A stretch of 63,739 bases of DNA, filler included, from Guillardia theta CCMP2712 (Eukaryota; Protista; Cryptophyta): assembly GCF_000315625.1 (NCBI RefSeq). It is 9 parts of 9 records of this genome, joined end to end, with 100 filler letters (N's around TTAATTAATTAA, not from the genome) between each part and the next. Parts side by side here need not be neighbours in the genome. Positions count along the whole stretch, not along the records: positions 45,906 to 47,754 come from NW_005434542.1; positions 47,855 to 58,622 come from NW_005434647.1; positions 58,723 to 60,688 come from NW_005434572.1; 6 more parts are not named here. One strand, written 5' to 3'. The notes under the pieces are model-generated. The model did not search any database. It saw only the letters and a program-made list of their open reading frames with translations, and was not told the origin of the DNA. Made by a program: the position numbers and the translations under genes. Positions 46,521 to 58,910 of this stretch are shown one piece after another (position 1 is the first letter of the stretch; each line of letters opens with the position of its first letter).

Positions 46521-47711
46521 CGGAAGCCGCAAAAGGCTTGCGGAATGCACTTCGATGCTTCTGGAACACTTCTCCGTACCAGGAGACTGTGCTACTCTGT
46601 TCCTGAGGTGAGGGGGTGGTGGTGGGTGAGGTGGAGGGAGGAGAGGAGAGGAGAGATAGGAGGACTGAGCGGATGGTAATTGGGGGTATGGGCAGCAGAA
46701 GAGGTGAAAGGAAGAGAGGGGGTGACGGGAGGGGCTGTGGAGGAGGGGAAGTTGCCGAAGAACTGCAACGGGATGAGAGAGTCGGGGAGAGTTGAGCACG
46801 GGACATGTGAGAAGTAGACTCGATGAGAGGATGAGAAGAAACCAATGGCGAGGAAGGGAGATGATAACAGGGGCAGAGGAGAAGAGGAGGGAGTTTGAGA
46901 GAGGTGAAGGGTGGAAGAACAGGAGATAGAAAGGAAAAGCAGGACTGGAGGACGAGAGGGAGAGGAGGATGAAGGAGGGAGGGAGGGAGGGAGGGAGGGA
47001 GGGAGGGAGGAAGTGGACAGAGACGGGAGAGAGCAAGGAGAGGAGGAGCTTACCTGACCTGCTCTATGGCAGCAAAGTCTTGGGCTACTGCGTGATGCTC
47101 GGCGGTATCGCCTTCAAGGTCCCTCAGATCCTCAAGATCCATCGCAACAAGTCGGCAGGAGGAGTTTCGGTGAACAAAAACTGCCCTCCTCCCTTTCCTC
47201 CTCCTCCCCTTCCTCCTCCTCGTCTTCCTCTCCCTTCTCAGCTTCCTCCTCCTCGTTATCTGCCTTCTCTATCCCTTCCCCCTCCTCGTCATCCTCTCCC
47301 TCCTCAGCTTCCTCCTCCTCTCCCTCCTCTGATCTCTCTGTGCAGATCTCGCAGTTTGCACTGGAGATGTGTGTCTCGGCAATCACGCTCTCCTTCAACT
47401 ACCACATCGCAGCCCCGTGAGTTCTCTGACAGACAGGAGGAAGAGGGAGAAGGAAGGAGAGGGGCGGGGCAGGAGGAGGGAGGAGGGAGGAGGATTGTGA
47501 TGGGTTCGAACAGGTTCAGCACCTACGGAGAGAGTTTCTTTATCCTCCTTCAGAACATCGTTCTTGTCTTTCAGATCAGGTGAACTTGGACAGACTGAGC
47601 CCTCCATGTTTTGTGATGCCCGCCAGGCACTACCAGCAGATTCCTTTCTCCTCCTTCGGGGCCGCGTTTGCTGTCTGGATCGGGTTTCTTGCATTTCTGT
47701 ACAGCAACCAG
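46521..47711 (+). CDS. MPDU1: Mannose-P-dolichol utilization defect 1 protein (PQ-loop family), partial
   Basis: ECTSMLLEHFSVPGDCATLFL|SKVLGYCVMLGGIAFKVPQILKIHRNKSAGGVS|ISQFALE...NYHIAAP|FSTYGESFFILLQNIVL.. matches MPDU1 SK.LG...KLPQI.KI...KSA.GLS and FS..GE..F...Q. Confidence 0.85.
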
Positions 47712-47754
47712 GTGAGCGAGTTACCCTCCCCCTCCTCCTCCTCCTCCTCCTCCT

Positions 47755-47854
47755 NNNNNNNNNNNNNNNNNNNNNNNNNNNNNNNNNNNNNNNNNNNNTT
47801 AATTAATTAANNNNNNNNNNNNNNNNNNNNNNNNNNNNNNNNNNNNNNNNNNNN
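47755..47854. other. Artificial scaffold linker
   Basis: N44-TTAATTAATTAA-N44. Confidence 0.95.
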
Positions 47855-49321
47855 CGCATCCCTCTACCAGCCGGACGATCATACGGCTTCCCCCGCTGCT
47901 GATGATGACCTCGAAATCCTGAGCCTCTTCCCCGAAAATTATTCCCTTGAAAACCACCGGCTCTTTCTTGGTGATTTCGAAAATCATTCGATCCAGCACC
48001 AGCGGAGCCTCCACGACCGTAGNNNNNNNNNNNNNNNNNNNNNNNNNNNNNNNNNNNNNNNNNNNNNNNNNNNNNNNNNNNNNNNNNNNNNNNNNNNNNN
48101 NNNNNNNNNNNNNNNNNNNNNNNNNNNNNNNNNNNNNNNNNNNNNNNNNNNNNNNNNGGCGGCGACTCATTGCTGCCTCTCGAGTCTCCCTTTTCCTTAC
48201 CACCCTGTCCTCCACTTTCAGACGCCTTGTCTGCATTCGGTTGACTAACCGTAGCTTGCACCTCCGAGGCTGCCACATTAACTGACGCAGTACCCGACTG
48301 TGTTTTCTCACCCCCAGCAGTAAAAAATACCTGTTCATCATGCAAATTCACAGCCCAAGAGTCACTCCTCCTCCCAAGTCAATTCGGTTGACAACTTGGA
48401 CCGCTTATTCAAGCGCGCGACATCTCGAATATCAATACAATNNNNNNNNNNNNNNNNNNNNNNNNNNNNNNNNNNNNNNNNNNNNNNNNNNNNNNNNNNN
48501 NNNNNNNNNNNNNNNNNNNNNNNNNNNNNNNNNNNNNNNNNNNNNNNNNNNNNNNNNNNNNNNNNNNNNNNNNNNNNNNNNNNNNNNNNNNNNNNNNNNN
48601 NNNNNNNNNNNNNNNNNNNGAGATTCCCACTGCGCTTTCTCCCACACGATATCATATAGGGCAGAGCTTTGATCGGAGCCAACTTGGACTTGAATCCTCC
48701 TGACATAGCCCATGGAACAGGAAATAATGGCTTCAGATAGGATCGAAAGTATTGGCCAAGCTCCAGGAGAAAATATTCAACGTCTTCATATAACGCGTTA
48801 ATCATCGCGGCATCCATCTCCTTGCCATCAGAATCCCTTCGGCTTACCCCCTTCTTTTTCTTCTTGCCAGAAGCACTCACTGGATTGCCGGAATCACCTT
48901 CATCAACAGGACTACCATACTGATCCGACACCGTCTTGGACAAATTTTGCAACTGCTCCACATAATCTCGAATCTGCCCGCTCTTCCTCCAACAAAATTT
49001 GGCATTCAGGAAAAGCAAAACGACCTGCCTTTTCCATTCCTCCGTCAACTCGCCATCCACATTCACACTCTTGTTCTTTTCCCATACAGTATGAAACTCA
49101 CCACCAAAATTACCGAGTTGATCGAGTGGAAACTCTCGTATCAGCGGGAACAAACACAAGCCCAATCCTGTCCGATATCGATTCATTGCATTCTGAATCG
49201 GAAGCAAAAGTTCATCCAATTCCTCCTGTGACGTCACAGATCCTTTGAGGAATGTGTCCATCTGTAACTCAGGATGAGTCTTGATCAATTCTTCACTGAG
49301 GTCCAATTTTCCTCCTCCCAT
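47855..49321 (-). mobile_element. Gag-like ORF of a putative LTR retrotransposon (gapped; apparent frameshift near 48365)
   Basis: Intronless ORF in an intron-dense genome, downstream of an LTR-like unit; helical region ..LTWEE.. then an RGG-rich nucleocapsid-proximal segment (FRGRGSGFRG...GRG). pol not in the scaffold. Confidence 0.55.
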
Positions 49322-49578
49322 GGTGAAAGCAATGTCGAAAAATCAGTAGCAACGTTCCACACAAGAATCGACTCCGACAGCGTAAAAAATGCAAAAAAAT
49401 CGAGTCCAACTTCCAAACAACGATTTCAAAAACAATCGAATCACCGACTCAAACAGTGAATCTGTAACCACAATGAACCGAACTTACTCTTTGTTCCAGT
49501 TCAGACCGTACGGTAAATCACAGTTGCGCAACAACAGTAAAAAAATGAGAACTGAGAACAAAGAGAAAATTTTCTCTT

Positions 49579-50012
49579 TGTAATCGAATCAACCTCCACC
49601 TCACTGGCCAGAATCTATTTAACCCAAGATCCACCAAAGACTAACTCTCAGTACACCTGAGATCCTTACACCAACCTTATTCACCTCAACGATACACAGC
49701 TGTGCAGTCTCTAACACCTTCACTGATGATGATAGAACTCTCAGAAGAACCACACAACACCACCAACACTTCCTTTATTCACAGCAGTCACCTTCCCTTC
49801 AGTCCCTTGCAACCCAGTACGATGCACAGCGCTCAGTGGACACGTGTCCTCCTAACCCCCTCTTCGAGTCTCCGCCTGACCCTCAGGCTCGTCGATTCCT
49901 TAATTCCAGACCTATGTCGAAACCCACTTCCATCTCGCTGAGCTTCGTCCATCGATGAGACGCAATACCCTGAACTTCTCGCCGTCTCCAAGAACTTATC
50001 CGAGTTCTTACA
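49579..50012 (-). mobile_element. Putative 5' LTR (434 bp)
   Basis: Bounded by TGTAA...TTACA inverted termini; AATAAA on the minus strand at ~49774-49779; abrupt compositional junction with the GC island at 50013. Confidence 0.55.
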
Positions 50013-50460
50013 CTACTCAGTACTCAGCGACCGGCGCCGGGCCGGGCCGGGCTTGGCGGCTGACTCCGAGTCACACTCGGGAGTCCCGGAGTCCGGCCCC
50101 GGCGGCCGGCCGCGCTGGCACTGAGGCTCCGAGGCGGCTCAGCCTGGCAGGCCGGGCCGGGGCGGCCGGTGGTAGGCTTGAACTTCGCTAGTACGGGGGC
50201 CCTCGAGTCGGCCCCGGCCCCAGGCCGAGCTCGGCGATCGGACCGGCGTAGGCTTGCCACCGTGACCGTACTACCGTAGCACCGCCGTCGGAGGCTCAGG
50301 CTAGTAAGCTCCCGCCGGGCCGGCGAGTTCGCTTGGCCCTCACCCGGCCGTCCGACTCGGCGATCACGGTTCAAACGGTTGCCACTGAGTTCGGACTCGG
50401 AACTCGGGACTCGGGAAGCCTAGCACGGTAGATGTGTCCGGTACGAGACTCGAATTGTCG
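50013..50460. other. GC-rich intergenic island, followed by a TACCCC-rich tract to ~51000
   Basis: Same vocabulary as the other islands. Confidence 0.7.
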
Positions 50461-51019
50461 ACAGTTTTCCATCGGCGGCTCCGCCAGCACACCGCTCAGT
50501 GTCCTCACACCACCCCTCCTTTCTACCGCTATCACCCCCTTCCCCCTAGTGTACCCATTGAGGACACTTCTCGAGTACCCCCCTTTTCGGAATTTCCAGT
50601 CCCCTAGGACCCCCATGTATCCATTCGACCACCCCTACCCTCTTTCAAAGTGAGTTGGTGATAATTCAAAAAGTAGATGGGCCCTTCATTGACCCACCCC
50701 TACATTTGCCTACCCACCTCACTTTTGATAACCATTGTATCGATGTACCCCCATAGTTCATTGCATGAGTATTTCAGACCAGAATCCTCGTAGCTTTTGA
50801 ACTTTATCTTAACATCACATTTGTAATTATCTCTATCTTCACCCCATATGTTGCATAGCGCCCTGCAAGATTACCACCCTACCAGGTAGATTACACCTGT
50901 GAGTTTGAAGCACCTGTTTTGCTTATGTACCCCATACTTGTCCAGGCATGAATGGAACCCCCTACCCCCAGCTGCTTCAATGAGCCATCCTACCCCTCCA
51001 CCGATACCTCCACGCCCAA

Positions 51020-54000
51020 CAATGCAAGCTTGATTCTACAGCGCCGGGATGTGTAGGAAAGGAGGCAGTGTATCAGAGAAATGTTGTTTTTCGTAGACAA
51101 TATGATGCATCAAACAGATGCTGTGTTGTTTGTAGCAGTTGTGATGATGTTTTTATCTAAAATTCAAGTAGATACAAGTCAGAATGACAAAGCTCAAAGC
51201 AGTTGTGAACACATGGGGGAATCGAAAGTAGCGATCTTTCCTCTGTGTCTTTAGTGAACTTTCTGTTTGTTCCAAGCTCGCTAGGATCCTATTGAGTTGA
51301 TCAACCTGAGAGGCATTGATCTTTGCGAGCGATTTGCTTTCGTATACGAACGAGTCTAGCCGAGGCGATGACTTCAGTATTTGCCTTCTGTACCCTCTGA
51401 TACCGTCAAGATGGTAAAGGGAACAATGCTGTATTTGCATTACACAACTTTTCTACTCATGCTGTTGATAACTCAACGATCCTGGCTTCTGGAGAGTCTC
51501 CTCGACCTCCCTTTGTTCAAAGCCTCCTTACATCATTGACCCGATCGTGTTGATTCTTGTATCTTGGACATCTATAACGATTGCACTTTGTTCTCGATTG
51601 TCTCTGTAATGGCTAAAACTCTATTCAACCATCACTTACGAGTTTTGTTCCTGCAGACTTGATCATGTCCGGATGGTATTCGACAGGAAGAGTAATCGAA
51701 TTTTCCCAACCTTCCCTGTTCATGACTTGGGTTTGAATTGTAGCCTGAAGGGATGAGAAGAGGAGGAGTCGGACTAGTGCTTGAAGGTATGACAGGAATC
51801 TAGTCTCTTGACCTGCGTTGACGAGTTTCTCAGCTCGCGGAAGAGGACCGGCATTCGTGGCCGAGCTAGCGCCAGGTCGAATCTGCTGGTACTTGTCTAG
51901 AACGAAGGATTGAGAATGGTGCATGTAGGAGGAAGTGCTGAACGCTCCGGGAGGATCAGAGTTGGCGATCGATTGGAGAAAGTAGATGGGCAGACTGTGT
52001 TTGGGTTGACGCCAGCCGAACTTTCACAGGTGTAATGTGATCCCTTATACCCGAGACTGCAGCTGACATCAGCAAACAGATCATCTCTGGTCCTGATGGG
52101 ACTACAGTTCGTCTTGGTTTCCGGAGGATTACATCTTCATTCTTTGCTGAGAATGAGGAACTGTTTGAAGGTTGAAAGTTTGGTGGCCCATGACGTCGGG
52201 GGTAACTCTCTTACCAGTCTCGTTGATCCGATCGCTTCCTGGTGCCGCCCACACGAGCCGTACAAGCATGCAAGAATCATCTTCAGAGATGTTCGAGGTG
52301 GTTGTGAGAGGTGGTCGGTGCGATGATGTACTGATCTCGAACTCTCTGCTTTCTCAGGGAAGGTTGTCGATGCAGGTTGTTTCTGTTCATTGCCAATCTT
52401 TGTCGTTGAGCTATACGCTCCATCGCGAGTTCTGTTGTGTGATGCATGGGTACAGCAGACCAAAGATCAGCAGCCATACTACCAGCAGAGACAAGAGCCG
52501 AAGTACGAAGCAAATGTTCCTCTCCTCTCTGTCCTCAAGGCTTTCTGGCAGAGTCTTCGAATACACGCCGTCCCCTCAGTTCAATCGGTACTCCGTCCCA
52601 TCGCAAGCATATCCTGTGAGATACTCCCGGCCCCCGTCCTGTCTACTCATCGCTGCCTGTCTGCAGTACGCGTCTCCTGCTTTGCACCAGGCAAACAATG
52701 GCGTATCTGCCATAGGAGGCGACCTCTCAGCAGGAGAAATCCTCGATAGAGGAGCATCACAAAAGCTTGCTGCACCAAGACCTGCAGAAGGTGAACCCTG
52801 GCGCTCCTGTAGCAAGGTTTTCAAAGTTTCGTCGGTAGCAGGGCGCGTGGTGGCGGAGATGTATCATTCCAAGGAGGAGAGCAGAACGCACAGGGACGGA
52901 AAAGATGAGTTGGTTGAAGAACTCAACGCACTGCTCTCCTTCGTCAAGAGCGGATTCACAAGCTCGAATCAGCAGGACTCTTCTCAGTTCCTTAAGGTCC
53001 CCCAGCTCTCTCCCAGCTCAGAGCTGACCTCCCTGCAGAGCAATGCGCCAGGCGCAGAGATCCTCCGAGAGCTCTACCGTGAAGGTGACGCAACTGACCT
53101 TCCCATCCTCCTCCTACTTGCGGATCATCGTCATCTCCTCTGCCTCCGTCTCCTCTTCCATCATGGGCGCTCTCCTATCGCCATCCGTGATTGCATGTTT
53201 CAGTCTCGGCGTTGAAGAGCAGGGAAGCTTCGAGTGAGAACGTGCTACGGGTAGGTCACCAGACTGTTCTGTCGCCTGTTTCCCTCTTGCCCATCCTTCC
53301 TCCTCTTACGATGCACGGGGCTCTCAAGCTCTCCTCACCTTCAGTCTCCCCACTCGCTCCTCCTCAACTTGTTGATTTCCCCGGAGGACTTTGACTGTGA
53401 ACCTTCTTCTCATCGTCCCCTCCGCCTGCATCCCGCCTCTTACCTTTTGCTCCCTCCTGGCAGGTTGCTAAGGAGACACTGGACGCACGCAAGAAGCAGA
53501 TCAGGACCTTGACGATGGTGATGAACAAAGTTCCTGACCTGCGAGTCTGATCCCTTCCATAAGACCATCAAGAAATTGCAAGGGAAAGGATCTCTGGCCG
53601 GAATGGGTAGAACACCTCTCCTCCCTCCTCCAATCCAAATCCAAATCCCACCTTGCTCTCAGCTATCTCGTCTACCTGTACTTGCTGCTGCGTCCTCCTG
53701 TTGCAAGCTCGCTGCTCTCCTCCTGTGCCTGAATTGATCATCCGCCTCAGGCCTCTCTGGATCCATGGACAGTGGCAACTTGCAGGCAGGAGGAGGCGGA
53801 GGAAGAGAGGGAGAAGTTTGAATTCTTGACGTTGCTGGTAGGCGTCTGATACTCAGTTGGGGGACAGCAGCATTCTAAGTGACCTGGGGGCAGACCTGGG
53901 GGATGCGGAGACGAAGAGAGCAGGTGAGATGTGTGGGAAGAAGGAGGAAGAGGAAGTCTGACGGACGAGCTCGAGCAGAGCAGGCAGGCGGTGGAATCAG

Positions 54001-54590
54001 GTGCCTAGTGAATTTGCAGGAGTGCGAGGAGGAGCAGGTTGTGACCACTGCTGGGTAGGATGGAGGAGGGCAGCTCTGAGAAGGAGGAGATGAAAAAGGT
54101 CATCGTCGAGCAGACTTCACAGATCCGAGCGCTGGAGGTGAGCAAGGAGGCGACGAGGCCTGGCAAGTGAAGGAGGGGGATACAGGAGAAGCTGCACTAC
54201 TTGGAGGAAGATCATCGACAGGTGCGCCCGCTCCCTTCCTTGCTGTGCCAGGAGCCTGACAGGCTCGAGCAGAGGTCGGAGAGGATCACCGAAGTGTCGG
54301 AGAGGCTGATGCAGAAGAGGAAGGAGGAGAGGTACGCACCGTCTTTTCTCTCCCCCTCCCTTGCTGCTGCCCTTGCTGCTAGTTTCCTTCCTGATGTGCT
54401 CGTAGGGAAATGATTGAGAGTCTGAAGCTCGAGCTCAACGAGAAGAACGAGATCATCCAGAAGCTGCAGGCCGGCGAAGTCGCCAGCTTCGCTGAGGTCA
54501 AGCTGCTCCCTCTTGCTCCTCCCCAGCTGGCTGACGGGCATGCAGTACGACCAGCAGGGCTACTCGCAGTACCCCGAGACGAGGATCTGA
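51020..54590 (+). CDS. PDZ-domain / C-terminal coiled-coil protein
   Basis: GGVGLVLE|ARGRGPAFVAELAP|GGSAERSGRIRVGDRLEKVDGQTVFGLTPAELSQ|IISGPDGTTVRLGFRR is a canonical PDZ; coiled-coil exons 53460-54500; ends YDQQGYSQYPETRI*. Start approximate. Confidence 0.8.
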
Positions 54591-54759
54591 TGCTTGAGGG
54601 GCATCACGTACATGAAGGAGATGAGGAGAAGCTCCCTCTTGGATGGTGGGAGGAGAGCAGGGAGAGGAGAGGTGGAAGTTAAGAGGCAGAGAGCGAGGGA
54701 ACGCGGAGCAGGAGAGAGGAGGTAAGAAACATCACAAGAGTCGTCTAGCTGTTTTTAAT

Positions 54760-57587
54760 CCTTCAATCTGTATTCGACTTCCCCGACAAAGGCATGACCC
54801 ATTCTGCAGAAGGAATTTCACACCCCATCCTCCCCCTCTCCTTATCCTCCCCCTCCTCCTCCTTCTCCCCTCTTCCTCATCCACTCCTCTTCTCCTCCTC
54901 ACTCACCTTCTGCGGACGAAATGGTCTGGCTCATAGGTGACGTTCTCATTCACCGCTAAGAACTTCTCTTCGTCTTGCGTCTCAGTGAAGGGCTCAACTT
55001 CTGCAGACGGACAGTCAGAGAAGAGAGACGATGAGAGCAGAGAGATCTCGAGCAGAGAGATGCGCACATGTGCACTAGGGGGCCTCAAAGTTGCCTTACC
55101 GGGCATGGCGCGCATGGCGAAGAGCCGAAGGTGGTCGTTTTCGTCGGAGATGGTGTTGAGAATTGACTCAGAGTCTGTTGGCCATCGATTTGCCACTCCG
55201 TACTCACAGCTGCGTGCAACAGTGACCACCTTCCTCCTTCCCCACTCGCTTCACCCACTCCTATGAACTTCACCACTTTCATGTGTACTCAATCTGCCTC
55301 CCTCCTCTAATTTCTACTCCTCCTCCACCACCACCACCACCACCTCCTCCTCCTCCTCCTCCTCCTGTCCCTACCCCTCCCCTAGAGCGCCGTGACAGGC
55401 GTCTCGGGTACCGTACTGGCAGGATGCCTGGCCTGACCGGAGGGTCTCGACAAGTCTCTAGTTGATCTCGATTGGTACATGTTGACTGTTGTGCAATGAA
55501 ACGCACGTGTGATACTTTCCGGCTAAAAGGGAGGGAGTCTGCCCTTCATCTTGACAATGTCATCGCGCAGTCCTCTATCCTCCATAAGATGAAAGGTACG
55601 TCATGACCATTGGAGCCTCATCAGTATGCTGTGAGNNNNNNNNNNNNNNNNNNNNNNNNNNNNNNNNNNNNNNNNNNNNNNNNNNNNNNNNNNNNNNNNN
55701 NNNNNNNNNNNNNNNNNNNNNNNNNNNNNNNNNNNAGTGAGAGAGGAAGCGGTCAGAGGGAGTGGGAGGGGGAGGAGGGAGAAAATGGTGAGAGCTGTGG
55801 CAGGGGAAAGGAGACTGGTACAGAGATCGAAAGAAGGACCCGTTGTATGCTGCACTTCCCATGGATGAGACGTGAGCTACTCCCTCCTGCCCCCCCATGG
55901 CCCTTAACCCCCTCAGGCTCCTCCTGGCCCCTTCCTCCCTACTCCTCCTCCTACTCCCCCCCCTCCTCTCCCTCCTGTCACTCTCCCGTTACCTGGTGTG
56001 GATTAGGAAGCCGCGTCGTTCTCCCGGGGCCAAGAGGAGCCTGAGGGGGTTCAGGGCCATGGGGGGGCAGGAGGGAGTAGCTCACGTCTCATCCAAGGGA
56101 AGTGCAGCATACAACGGGTCCTTCTTTCGATCACTGTACCAGTCTCCCTTCCCCCTGCCAACAGCTCTCACCATTTTCTCCCTCCTCCCCCTCCCCCTCC
56201 CTCTGACCCGCTTCCTCTCTCCCTATCTCTCTCCCTCCCTCTCCCCCTCTACCGTGCTCCTCCCTTTCCTCCTTCCCCAACAATCAGAATCCTTGCTTCT
56301 CCTACAGCACTTACGTAGGAACCTTGGGATCGTCAGGGATCCAGTCTTCAAGCATGTGACCGTCCCAGTCCTCTAGCCCGTTGATTCGCGGCATCTGCTC
56401 CCCTTCAGCTGGTTTTCCGCACAAGTCTCCTCCTACCGTCACGTTGCAAGCCCGTCCAATGACGCGCCAATGCTTTGGGGTCATTTCTTTCCCGCGGCTG
56501 AGAGAGAGGGTGAGAGCTGGAGATGAGGATTTGAACAAAGAGGATGACGAAAAAAGCAGGAGGACGAGGAGGGAGAGGGACGAGGAGGAGGATCAAGAAG
56601 AGGAGGAGAACCTGGTCCCTTCGCACGTGTACACTGTGATGTTCATGGGATACGAAGGCTCCTGCAACACGTACTGATGCACAAAGTCCTTCTCGGCCGT
56701 TGTTTCGCTGCCCAGAGGTGAAGGTCAGACGAACCCGGCGGGGAGGAGAAGCTCAGGGCTCACGAGGCCTGCGGGTTTGAGAAGCCATGGGCTGCTGTCT
56801 TGATGGCGAAGATTTCAATGCTCTTGTTCTTCGCCTGCACATCTGCTGGGGCAGTCAGCAATCTGGCGAGCCTCCCGTTGCATGTCGACCGAGAAAGAGT
56901 CCTTGCTCGGCTCCGATGCTGCAGCGATCCATCCTTGTGGTGCAGAATCGGTAAGTGCCGTTTTTGAAATGGCATGTCTTGAAGGTCGGAGGGTCTAACT
57001 CGATCGGAGGCTCGTCATCCGACTGCAGAAACTCTCAGCTCACAACAATGTTGCTACAAGGCTGACTCGTCCACGCCACTCTCACCTTTCTTGCCTTGTT
57101 GATGACTCTGCATCACAGCATGTCATTGTCAGGCCAGAGATGGGGAAGACGATACTCACTCCAACGACCGGTTCTTGAAGTATTCGATGATATCCTCCTG
57201 CTTCACGTTGTACTTGTCCTCGAAGTACTCGATGGGAAGGTCATCAAAGGATGGTTTGCTCCAGTCCTTCTCTCCTTCAAAGTAAGATGTATTGATATCT
57301 ACAGGAAAGCTCCACGCTATGTAATCTTCTGTGACCTCCTCCGTCACGTTCGGAATCTGATCGCCTACCAAGCCATCGCTTTCTTGTATCTTCCCACCTC
57401 TCAGCCTCAAGGCACATCCCGACGAGACGGCAGGAGGAGGAGCGAGCGACGAGTGTCTTGTCGCCATGGACGTCGAGAAGGACCCGAAGCTCATCGGACT
57501 GAGCGAGCACACCAGCAGCAGCATCACCTGCTGCAAGCTGCCCGCCATTGCGCCCACATTCATCGCCCACATGCACCCCTTATGCAT
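54760..57587 (-). CDS. Signal-peptide + LRLRGG-leader protein of unknown function
   Basis: MAGSLQQVMLLLVCSLSPMSFG...CALRLRGGK..; later exons QGLFL|DVQAKNKSIEIFAIKT..NITVYTCEGT|..GKEMTPKHWRVIGR..|..LPLDE|TLLLAPGERRGFLIHT. 3' end approximate. Confidence 0.6.
55739..56221. repeat. ~190-bp inverted repeat (55739-55931 vs 56026-56221)
   Basis: Arms are reverse complements with a handful of mismatches; the same peptide appears on both strands in the ORF track. Confidence 0.9.
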
Positions 57588-57599
57588 TGGAGGCTTGCT

Positions 57600-58290
57600 G
57601 GGAGGCTTGCCAGGCTGGGACTCGCCGGGACGGAGGCTCCGGGAGTGGCTGACGGAGCCTCAGGGCCTCGGAGGCTTGACTCTCAGCGCGCCGCCGCACT
57701 TCAAGCGGCCCCGGCCGGCCGCACTCAGCCGTCACGCGGGGCCGCCGCCGGTACCGGACTTGAAGATAAGGATTGCCAAGCAGAGTTCGAGTCGCGGCCG
57801 CCCTCGCCGCCCGGCGGCGCGGCGGCGGCGCCCGGCCCGGCCCGGCTGGCCGCCACACCGGGCCGTGAACTTCGAAACCGGGGGCGCCTGGCGCGGCTGC
57901 AGCCAGCCCCCCCGCGGCCGCCGGCGGTGCCGAACTCCGAGCCTCGCCGGACTCGAGGGGCAGTGCCACGGTGCTCAGTGCGCGAACAGGCTTGGATGAG
58001 TCACAGTGAAGGCCGTACCATTGATCACTGTCATGTCGGCGGCCCCGGGCCTGCCCCCACTCTGACCGTGTGCCAGTGACCGTACTCACTGAAGTGACTT
58101 TCGTGAGTCACTAAACTTGATCGTATCGCGTTGCCGCTGGGCCGCTCGGAGTGCCAAGTTTACCGACCGTACTCACTGGCTGGGACTCCGACTCGGGGCG
58201 GCCCGGGGCCCGGCTCGGTCACGGAAACTTTGCCAGCTCAAGTTGAAGCCGACGGTGGAAGGCTCAGGGCCGGGGAGGCACTGCAGGGCA
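57600..58290. other. GC-rich intergenic island, followed by a GGGGTA-rich tract to 58620
   Basis: Same vocabulary; directly upstream of the LRLRGG gene. Confidence 0.7.
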
Positions 58291-58622
58291 GGGGTATGAT
58301 CCCGGCGGGGTACTAGGAAGGTTCAAGCAGGTACTGTTAGGAATTTTGCTCTCGGTCATGAGGGGGTGGTCCTGACTAGGCCCTACCCTAGCGGATACTC
58401 TTAAGTACCCCTGGAGGTGGTGGTGCTGATACCCGGGTTACCGGGGGAGGGCTGATTGTGATGCCAAGAAGTTCCCGGCCGGAGCCTCCGACCATGGGGT
58501 AGGGGTCATCATGATTAGACCGGTGTGAATATGATCCGGCAACTGAGACCGGGAAGATGTGCTGGGTGGTTGGGTTCGCGGTTCTCTGTGAAGGTGTGTG
58601 GCTGTCTGAGACGGGATGGAAG

Positions 58623-58722
58623 NNNNNNNNNNNNNNNNNNNNNNNNNNNNNNNNNNNNNNNNNNNNTTAATTAATTAANNNNNNNNNNNNNNNNNNNNNN
58701 NNNNNNNNNNNNNNNNNNNNNN
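58623..58722. other. Artificial scaffold linker
   Basis: N44-TTAATTAATTAA-N44. Confidence 0.95.
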
Positions 58723-58824
58723 GATGATGATGGAGATGATGATGATGATGATGATGATGGAGATGATGACGACGATAGTACGATAGACGATGATGATGAT
58801 GATGATGATGATGATGACGATGAC

Positions 58825-58909
<85 letters not shown>

Positions 58910-58910
<1 letters not shown>

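Noticed and set aside
57096-58316. ORFs over GC islands (also 4041-4875 and 40400-41160)
   Set aside because: Open only because of very high GC; R/P/G/A low-complexity products with no domain signal.
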